Virus record (IMG/VR): IMGVR_UViG_3300029171_000036
Span: 1 to 30,072 of that record
Strand: one strand, 5' to 3'
Origin: a virus
Lineage: Duplodnaviria > Caudoviricetes
Length of the DNA stretch: 30,072 bases
Below are positions 1 through 6,101 of this stretch, piece by piece; within the stretch, counting starts at the first letter, position 1, and every line of letters begins with the position of its first letter. The notes beneath the pieces are model-generated. The model made no database searches, was not told the DNA's origin, and worked only from the letters and a program-made list of their open reading frames with translations. A program made the position numbers and the translations under genes.

Positions 1-111
1 AAAAAAATTGCTGATTGGAAGAATAAAAACGAAAAGGAGGGCAAAAAACAAAAAGAAGAAGCCAAGAAATTAAAAGTAAAAAGAAATGAAAGAAAATCTA
101 ACTCTAATTAA
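1..111 (+). CDS. 3' end of a Lys-rich hypothetical protein (truncated by window edge)
   Basis: Frame 1 open from base 1 (KKIADWKNKNEKEGKKQ...) to TAA at 109-111, overlapping the next start. Confidence 0.5.
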   Translation, partial: KKIADWKNKNEKEGKKQKEEAKKLKVKRNERKSNSN

Positions 112-868
112 CTATAAAGAACCTCTCCGAAAAGTTACTGATGGATATGGCTATATGGGTACCATTTCAAGTACTCCTGACGGAGAAAAGATTCAATGTC
201 ATGTTTGTGGTGAGTTGTTTAAGAGTGTCCAGTCGCACACACAACAAAGCCACAAATTATCAGATAGAGACTATAAAATAAAATTTGGATTGAGTTTTAC
301 TACTGCACTTATTTCTGAAAAAGAAAGAGAGAGAAGAAGCAATAAGACGGTAGATTGGATCAATTCTATGACCAATGAAGAATTAAAAGTCATAAGAAAA
401 AAAGCATTGAAGGGTTTGAAGAAGTACTACAAAACAGACAAGTATAAAAACAGAGTCCAACCTAAGAAACAACTTGAAGGATACAACAAAGATGGTACGT
501 GTCCTGATCAACTTCTTGCCCACATTGAATCTGTTGCAAAAAAATTAGGACACACTCCTTCAAAACATGAGTTTATAGGAGAAATGGGAACACAGCGCTA
601 CATACATCTAATTTATAAAGTTTTTGGTTCGTGGGTAAGTGCATTGAAAATGATTGGAATGATCCCAAAAAGTTCAAACAACACAACAGGACAAAGACCA
701 AGACATTCAAACGAAGAACTTTTAGAATATCTTAAAATATTCACTCAAGAAAACGACAGAATTCCTGTTGCCACAGACTTTCGAAGAGGACTACTTCCAA
801 GTTACGAAATCTATTTGAGGAGATTTAAATCAATCAGAATTGCAAGACATCTTGCTGGTGTTGAATAG
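86..868 (+). CDS. Putative DNA-binding protein: MucR/Ros-like C2H2 Zn finger plus two homing-endonuclease-associated (HNH_repeat-like) repeats
   Basis: IQCHVCGELFKSVQSHTQQSHKLSDRDYKIKFGL fits the MucR pattern; DQLLAHIESVAKKLGHTPS...FGSWVSALKMIG and SNEELLEYLKIF..ENDRIP...PSYEIYLRRFKS..IARHLAG fit the helical repeat. Confidence 0.7.
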   Translation: MKENLTLINYKEPLRKVTDGYGYMGTISSTPDGEKIQCHVCGELFKSVQSHTQQSHKLSDRDYKIKFGLSFTTALISEKERERRSNKTVDWINSMTNEELKVIRKKALKGLKKYYKTDKYKNRVQPKKQLEGYNKDGTCPDQLLAHIESVAKKLGHTPSKHEFIGEMGTQRYIHLIYKVFGSWVSALKMIGMIPKSSNNTTGQRPRHSNEELLEYLKIFTQENDRIPVATDFRRGLLPSYEIYLRRFKSIRIARHLAGVE

Positions 869-890
869 TTTAAAAATAATAATAACAAAC

Positions 891-1748
891 ATGAAATATA
901 TAAACGAAAACGGGGATTTGAATATTGTGAAATTAGTTAAGCATGCAGTAATGGTCTTGATTGTACTTGTTTTGTTGGCGTCTTCTTTTGGAACAGTGAA
1001 AGCGGGAGAAAGAGGAGTGAAGACAAGATTTGGTGCAGTAGTTGGAGTTATTGATGAAGGTCTTTATTTTAAACTTCCATACGTAGAACGTGTTGCAAAA
1101 ATGGAAATTAAAACAAGAACAGTGAATTATGATAAAAATGGTGCAGAGGGTGATTCGGCAGACACATCACAACTTTCTGGTGCCTCTAAGGATCTACAAG
1201 ACGTTTGGATTGGAGTTATGGTGAACTATCACATAAGCCCTGAGAAGGTTTCAGACATTTTCTCTCAATATCGTTCAGTTGAAAATTACGAAACAAATGT
1301 AATTGAACCAGTAATTAGAGAGGTGGTGAAATCAACATCAGCACAATATACTGCCGAAGAACTTGTGACAAAGCGTTCTGAATATAGTGACAAAGTAAAC
1401 GTAATTCTCAACGAAAGATTTATGGCAAAAGACTCAATTCTTGAAAGGTTTAGTGTAACAAACTTTGAATTCTCAAATGCCTTTACGCAAGCCATTGAAT
1501 CGAAAGTTACCGCAACTCAAAATGCTGAAGCTGCTAAAAATAAACTTGAACAGATTAAGTTTGAAGCACAACAACAAATTGAAACCGCAAAAGCTGAAGC
1601 TGAGTCTATTAGAATTAAAGCACAAGCCGTAACACAACAGGGAGGAAAAGATTATGTTCAACTCCAAGCTATTGAAAAATGGAATGGACAACTCCCTACA
1701 CAAATGATTCCAGGAGGAACTGTGCCTTTTATTGATCTTAAAAACTAA
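891..1748 (+). CDS. SPFH/Band 7 (prohibitin-like) membrane protein
   Basis: N-terminal TM helix, SFGTVKAGERGVKTRFG, EGLYFKLPY, SKDLQ, YTAEELVTKR, AIESK coiled coil, AIEKWNGQLP. ATG 891 preferred over the TTG at 840. Confidence 0.92.
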   Translation: MKYINENGDLNIVKLVKHAVMVLIVLVLLASSFGTVKAGERGVKTRFGAVVGVIDEGLYFKLPYVERVAKMEIKTRTVNYDKNGAEGDSADTSQLSGASKDLQDVWIGVMVNYHISPEKVSDIFSQYRSVENYETNVIEPVIREVVKSTSAQYTAEELVTKRSEYSDKVNVILNERFMAKDSILERFSVTNFEFSNAFTQAIESKVTATQNAEAAKNKLEQIKFEAQQQIETAKAEAESIRIKAQAVTQQGGKDYVQLQAIEKWNGQLPTQMIPGGTVPFIDLKN

Positions 1749-1756
1749 CAAACAAA

Positions 1757-1981
1757 ATGCAAATCACATTTATAGTTCTAATAATACTCCTCCTTACCCC
1801 GTTCTTTTTTATAGAAAGAAATGAACGCGTATTCAAAGAAAGACAGAGGATGATAGAATGGGTATTTGAACAATCAGATTGGGAAGAAAAGAAAAAACTG
1901 CTAAAGAATCCTTCTTATAATGATATGGTCTATAAGTTTTGGAAGCCAGTCAAAAGTTTCTATAAAGAATACTTGAATTAA
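1757..1981 (+). CDS. Small hypothetical protein with N-terminal TM helix
   Basis: 74 aa; hydrophobic first 19 residues; close spacing to neighbours. Confidence 0.65.
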   Translation: MQITFIVLIILLLTPFFFIERNERVFKERQRMIEWVFEQSDWEEKKKLLKNPSYNDMVYKFWKPVKSFYKEYLN

Positions 1982-1985
1982 ATCT

Positions 1986-2114
1986 ATGTACTATTTATAT
2001 TATATTTTCGCAGTAGTGTATACGTTTGTGGTTTGGGGGTTTTGGTACGGAGTGTTGTCAACAATTATTCCAATCTTTCCGATCATAGATTTTGTAAGAT
2101 ATCTATTTGTTTAA
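1986..2114 (+). CDS. 42-aa hydrophobic membrane peptide (not in ORF track)
   Basis: MYYLYYIFAVVYTFVVWGFWYGVLSTIIPIFPIIDFVRYLFV*, filling the gap between 1981 and ATG 2117. Confidence 0.6.
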   Translation: MYYLYYIFAVVYTFVVWGFWYGVLSTIIPIFPIIDFVRYLFV

Positions 2115-2116
2115 AT

Positions 2117-2350
2117 ATGAAAGCTATATTTATGATAGAAGTGGACGGAAAACTTGTTGAAAAAGAACGCCGAGAAATAAGACCAACATCAGTATACTAC
2201 AAAGCAATTCACAATCCACTTGAAATGCGTGCGTTTTCAAATGAAAAAATCCCAAATATTCCAACCGTAAGAATGGAGCGTTGGATTTGTGTTGCTAAGC
2301 CATCCACAGAAAAGGATCCTGCCTTCTTTTTATTAGACGGAATTGAATAA
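2117..2350 (+). CDS. Hypothetical protein
   Basis: ATG 2117 (MKAIFMIEVDGK...) follows the stop at 2114; preferred to the TTG at 2033. Confidence 0.6.
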   Translation: MKAIFMIEVDGKLVEKERREIRPTSVYYKAIHNPLEMRAFSNEKIPNIPTVRMERWICVAKPSTEKDPAFFLLDGIE

Positions 2351-2355
2351 TAAAT

Positions 2356-2565
2356 ATGCATATAGAAATAGAAAAAATGTTGTTTGGAGATTACCGTGTA
2401 CAAGTGTGGGATGAAAGTCTTGTTTCAATGCTCGATAGGGAGTATTTCTGCAGAGGGTATGCCAGTGCTTTATTGACAGCAACAGAGATAAGAACCATTG
2501 AATCATTCAAAGACCTTCCTATATATTCAAGAGAAGCAAACAAGGTCGAAAAATTAGTAATTTAA
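2356..2565 (+). CDS. Hypothetical protein
   Basis: 69-aa ORF in a tightly packed gene run. Confidence 0.6.
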   Translation: MHIEIEKMLFGDYRVQVWDESLVSMLDREYFCRGYASALLTATEIRTIESFKDLPIYSREANKVEKLVI

Positions 2566-2578
2566 TTATTGAATAGGT

Positions 2579-2752
2579 ATGAGTACAAAAGATACATTAA
2601 GAATAATAATATGGATTAGTTTTTGTGTTGTTTGGGGTATTTTTGCTACGGTAATTGGGGTTGATTTAGGGTTTAATTTTATTACAGCAATAGGAATACT
2701 TATATCAACATTACTTTGTCCTTTGGATATTTTAATAAAAACTAAGAAATAA
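2579..2752 (+). CDS. 57-aa two-TM membrane protein (not in ORF track)
   Basis: MSTKDTLRIIIWISFCVVWGIFATVIGVDLGFNFITAIGILISTLLCPLDILIKTKK*; stops 2 nt before the next ATG. Confidence 0.6.
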   Translation: MSTKDTLRIIIWISFCVVWGIFATVIGVDLGFNFITAIGILISTLLCPLDILIKTKK

Positions 2753-2754
2753 CT

Positions 2755-3297
2755 ATGACTAAACAATTTATAGAGGAACAAGGTGTTTTTGTTTCGAGAG
2801 ACGACACCACACGAGGAAAACTTATATCACTTCTTGGTGCAATGGCTTTAGATGTAGCAAAGCCGTGGGTAGATGAACTTATAAAAGAAACAATCCTCGC
2901 CACAGAAGAAGAGCTAAGGAAAGAGCGTAAAGAACTATTACTAAGTGTGAATATCTCCGAATTAGTCAAAATGATGAAAGACGAAATCCAAGAACACGGA
3001 GATATGCACGGAGAACATTGCTTTGCAAACAGTGAAGACCCAGATGAATGCAATTGTGAAGAAATGGCGTTTTGGGGTTCACAGATTGAACATTATATGG
3101 CAAAGGTAAATGATTGGTGGGCTACTCACGCAGAAGAACACAGAAAGTTGTGTACCCCTGACGGGAATAAGGCAATCACTCGTATGCTCGGAAAGAAAAA
3201 CAGAAAAACTGAAGAAGAGCTACGGAAGAAACGCTACTGTTGCAAAAATCAAACCGTAGACCTACAGATTTCTGTGACTACTGTTTATCAACCCTAA
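2755..3297 (+). CDS. Hypothetical protein, Cys/His-rich, internal TEEELRK duplication
   Basis: 180-aa ORF with HGEHC...CNC; the C-terminus may be frameshifted (see findings). Confidence 0.65.
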   Translation: MTKQFIEEQGVFVSRDDTTRGKLISLLGAMALDVAKPWVDELIKETILATEEELRKERKELLLSVNISELVKMMKDEIQEHGDMHGEHCFANSEDPDECNCEEMAFWGSQIEHYMAKVNDWWATHAEEHRKLCTPDGNKAITRMLGKKNRKTEEELRKKRYCCKNQTVDLQISVTTVYQP

Positions 3298-3308
3298 CTG
3301 AGAAAAAG

Positions 3309-3509
3309 ATGAAAAAGAAATGTTTATTGCCAGAATGTAGAAATAATATGCAGGGAGAAACAGATCTACCTTTATTTTGCCCTGACCACAATGATTATAA
3401 TATAAACAAAAGAAAGTGTATTAGCTTATATAAAAATCATCTTTGGATTGAGGAAAATGGAGAGAGAAAATTCTGTGAAAGATGTAAAATACTTTATAAA
3501 GTTAAATAA
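3309..3509 (+). CDS. Small Zn-binding hypothetical protein
   Basis: CLLPEC...FCPDH and C...HLW...FCERC motifs; ATG 3309. Confidence 0.6.
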   Translation: MKKKCLLPECRNNMQGETDLPLFCPDHNDYNINKRKCISLYKNHLWIEENGERKFCERCKILYKVK

Positions 3510-3513
3510 ATCT

Positions 3514-3927
3514 ATGAAATCACCACAACAAAAACTAGCAGAAAAACTTTACGAACTCCTCCCACACAAGAAAGAGTTGGAGTTTGGGTGTGAGATACAA
3601 ACCCACTTTGATGGAGTACAAACAATCACACATCGTCATAAAATTGGTAATGTGAAAGAGTGCTGGGGAACTACAACAGGTACATACGGTTCACTTTGTA
3701 ATGACGAGGACATTAAAGAAATCATCGGACAACCACTACGCCTTGCTGATTTGTTGATGGCACTGTCACAAGTAGGTGAGGTCACAAGAGGAGGAAAATA
3801 TTTGATAAATATTGTCGCTGATGGTAATTCTTTTATTGACTATCGCTGGAGCCTCTCCAAAGACAACATCCTCGACCAGTCAGATGAATTGTGTGAGTTT
3901 TGCTTAGGATTACTAGATAAAGAATAA
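3514..3927 (+). CDS. Hypothetical protein
   Basis: ATG 3514 just after the upstream stop at 3509; 137 aa. Confidence 0.65.
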   Translation: MKSPQQKLAEKLYELLPHKKELEFGCEIQTHFDGVQTITHRHKIGNVKECWGTTTGTYGSLCNDEDIKEIIGQPLRLADLLMALSQVGEVTRGGKYLINIVADGNSFIDYRWSLSKDNILDQSDELCEFCLGLLDKE

Positions 3928-3951
3928 AGTTCCCGTGCTAAACTTATAAGA

Positions 3952-4162
3952 GAAGTGGTGTGCTGAATGCAGGAGGTATTTTATGAGCAGTGTATGTAGT
4001 AGATTATAATCGTGCTACCAGATACAATCTCGTAATTTCGTTGTCTCCTGCACTTAGTACATCACACTTCCCACCTTCAACCTCCAGTCGAAAGATTGGA
4101 GAGTGTATAAATCGCTCTCGTCCATTGTTATCAGCTTTGGATTGGGGGTTGAGGGTGGGAGG
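3952..4162 (+). ncRNA. Candidate structured RNA: two tandem long hairpins
   Basis: 3952-3978 pairs with 4042-4070 (nested inner stems); 4069-4094 pairs with 4135-4160; most deviations are G-U on the + strand. Confidence 0.6.
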
Positions 4163-4183
4163 ATTAAAACTAATAATTAATAT

Positions 4184-4399
4184 ATGGGAAACATAAAAAA
4201 TGTGTGTCGAGAGTGTGGTGTTTCAGCAAACGTTCTGACTTGTATTAAAAGATACAACAACAGACCTAATAAGCTTTGTTTTAGTACTTCAACTTATCAC
4301 ACAGCAATATGCGATTATTGTTTAGAAGAGAAACAAGTCACAGAGGTTAGAGATTTCTTTTATCCTGACTTTAGTTTACTGCCTCCAATTATTAAGTAA
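4184..4399 (+). CDS. Small Zn-ribbon protein
   Basis: CREC ... CDYC; 71 aa. Confidence 0.7.
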   Translation: MGNIKNVCRECGVSANVLTCIKRYNNRPNKLCFSTSTYHTAICDYCLEEKQVTEVRDFFYPDFSLLPPIIK

Positions 4400-4411
4400 C
4401 AAATAAATTAT

Positions 4412-4582
4412 ATGAATGACGAACAAAAAGCACAATTAGAAGAAGTACATAGCAAAATGAGAGAAGAAGCCAACTATCTCATCGAATTAGGTGAGACAGA
4501 CATTATTCTTGAAAAAATATGTTTCTACGCAGAACTCGCAGAAACATTGGCGCGAGCGTTGGTGAATAAAACTAAGGAATAG
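4412..4582 (+). CDS. 56-aa helical hypothetical protein (not in ORF track)
   Basis: MNDEQKAQLEEVHSKMREEANYLIELGETDIILEKICFYAELAETLARALVNKTKE*, ending at the terminator hairpin. Confidence 0.6.
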   Translation: MNDEQKAQLEEVHSKMREEANYLIELGETDIILEKICFYAELAETLARALVNKTKE

Positions 4583-4617
4583 AATTAAAAGGACTACATT
4601 TAAGTAGTCCTTAATTC
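4582..4617. terminator. Hairpin between convergent genes, likely bidirectional terminator
   Basis: aaggactac-atttaa-gtagtcctt (4589-4612) flanked by gaattaa/ttaattc. Confidence 0.65.
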
Positions 4618-4874
4618 GTATCGATCGGAGTATGTAGTCCCAGATACTCCATAAAATCAATCCATTCATCGATGAAATATATGTCCTCAAAAGGATTATA
4701 TTTCTCACCAGTATCTTCTGATCTCTTTTGGCACTCAATACACGAGATTTTGAAACACACGGTGTGTAGATGGGGATTGTATTTATAGTCATGGATCACA
4801 TGCTCTGTCAGATAGAAATCTCTTTGGCACGTATCGTGCAGATAGATTTCAGAAGGAGGAAGGAGTAGTACCAT
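4611..4874 (-). CDS. 87-aa hypothetical protein, possible Zn-binding (HxxC...CxxC)
   Basis: MVLLLPPSEIYLHDTC...CIEC...; own promoter upstream and terminator at its stop. Confidence 0.6.
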   Translation of the reverse strand: MVLLLPPSEIYLHDTCQRDFYLTEHVIHDYKYNPHLHTVCFKISCIECQKRSEDTGEKYNPFEDIYFIDEWIDFMEYLGLHTPIDTN

Positions 4875-4883
4875 TTTATTTTT

Positions 4884-4892
4884 AGTATAACA
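4884..4892 (-). promoter_or_regulatory. Extended -10 promoter (TGtTATACT)
   Basis: Reverse complement of agtataaca; 9 nt upstream of the minus-strand ATG at 4874. Confidence 0.55.
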
Positions 4893-4921
4893 AATAAAAC
4901 AAAAAACATGCAGAGCAAAAC

Positions 4922-4950
4922 TTGCAACTCTGTATTTTTTGTTATATAAT
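4922..4950 (+). promoter_or_regulatory. Sigma70-type promoter
   Basis: TTGCAA (4922-4927), 17 nt, TATAAT (4945-4950); CSP ATG 8 nt downstream. Confidence 0.75.
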
Positions 4951-4958
4951 TGTATCAT

Positions 4959-5165
4959 ATGAACAAAGGAGTAATAACATATTTATCAGAAAAAGGGTTC
5001 GGTTTCATAGCAGTAGAAGGGTTAAATAAAGGAATATTTTTTCATCTCAACGACTTGAAAGGTTGTTCTTTTCCGGATCTCGAAGTAGGAAATGATGTGA
5101 CTTTTGAAAACACCATTGTTTCTGAAAAGGGAATCTGTGCGGTTGAAGTGCGATTAGTAAAATAA
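4959..5165 (+). CDS. csp: Cold-shock domain protein (RNA chaperone)
   Basis: RNP1 KGFGFI, RNP2 IFFH, LEVGNDVTF, KG..AVEV; 68 aa from ATG 4959. Confidence 0.93.
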   Translation: MNKGVITYLSEKGFGFIAVEGLNKGIFFHLNDLKGCSFPDLEVGNDVTFENTIVSEKGICAVEVRLVK

Positions 5166-5177
5166 TTTTATTTTTAT

Positions 5178-5423
5178 ATGGTAGACAAAACATACACAGA
5201 AGAACAAATGAGTGATATTAAGGGGCGAATAGACAAAGCTCAAGAGCAAATAAAAGACATTTTAAAAGAAAGTGAGCTTGTTATTACCTCAGAACCAGCC
5301 TACATCAAACTTGAGACGGGAATCTTTGCAACAACGTTTAGAATTGGATATCTAGATACAAAGTTTTCAGAAAAAAAAGAAGAGGTTGAAATAAAAGAAG
5401 AAGGACCAGTAATTGAAGAATAA
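5178..5423 (+). CDS. Acidic hypothetical protein
   Basis: 81-aa ORF in operon. Confidence 0.7.
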   Translation: MVDKTYTEEQMSDIKGRIDKAQEQIKDILKESELVITSEPAYIKLETGIFATTFRIGYLDTKFSEKKEEVEIKEEGPVIEE

Positions 5424-5424
5424 A

Positions 5425-5637
5425 ATGATACAATTATTTTATGGAATTGTGATTGGAATGATACTCTCAAGCACTGCTTTCGTCATTGGAGTCCTTTTGA
5501 GTAGAAAAATCAATCAAACAGTCTCAAAAATTGAAAGGAATGTTAATGGAGGACAAATTATCTCACTTCAAAGCAAAGAAGAATTAGTAAAAAATAAGTT
5601 TTTTAAACCAAAACCCCATGGACACATCGAAGATTAA
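5425..5637 (+). CDS. Small single-TM membrane protein
   Basis: MIQLFYGIVIGMILSSTAFVIGVLL TM segment; ATG 5425. Confidence 0.7.
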   Translation: MIQLFYGIVIGMILSSTAFVIGVLLSRKINQTVSKIERNVNGGQIISLQSKEELVKNKFFKPKPHGHIED

Positions 5638-5875
5638 ACCATTTGGACGAAGGATCTACATTGAACCAATAAAAGAAAACACTGTCATTGAAGTCCAAAA
5701 CATAGCGATGTTGACTGAAGTTGGAAAAGTAATTGAAGTAGGAGAGGCTGTCGTCTCGGTTGTACCAGGAGATACAATTTTATTTACAATATGGGGAGCA
5801 GACTCTGTAACAGTAAATAATAAAAAACTTTACTTTATACTTGAAACCGATGAGTTTATCCTCGCAAAAATATAG
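5618..5875 (+). CDS. groES: Co-chaperonin GroES (Cpn10)-like
   Basis: KIKPFGRRIYIEP, GKVIEVG, V.PGDTILF, LYFILETDEFILAKI follow the Cpn10 pattern; near groEL. Confidence 0.88.
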   Translation: MDTSKIKPFGRRIYIEPIKENTVIEVQNIAMLTEVGKVIEVGEAVVSVVPGDTILFTIWGADSVTVNNKKLYFILETDEFILAKI

Positions 5876-5879
5876 CAAT

Positions 5880-6101
5880 ATGTGGAAGAAGTCACTCTGT
5901 TTACCAGGGTGGCTTCATTCATGGAGGATCCTCCAAAATACACACAAAGGAGTAATAGAGGTGTGTGAAAAATGTCACAAAAAAAGATATCAAAGAAAAG
6001 ACATACTTGGGAATATTAACAACTATCAGTACTTGGAATATCATTTAAAAGAAGCACTCCAACCAATTCATCCAAGATACAACAAAGAGCATGGAAAATA
6101 A
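5880..6101 (+). CDS. Small basic Zn-finger-like protein between groES and groEL
   Basis: C-x5-H-x15-CxxC; ATG 5880; stop overlaps the groEL start. Confidence 0.7.
   Translation: MWKKSLCLPGWLHSWRILQNTHKGVIEVCEKCHKKRYQRKDILGNINNYQYLEYHLKEALQPIHPRYNKEHGK

Noticed and set aside
3990-4196. 68-aa + strand ORF across the hairpin region
   Set aside because: GTG start, atypical composition, and it lies over the paired stems; better explained as non-coding structure.
4487-4792. 101-aa minus-strand ORF
   Set aside because: Crosses the terminator hairpin and overlaps two better-supported genes (4412-4582 + and 4611-4874 -).
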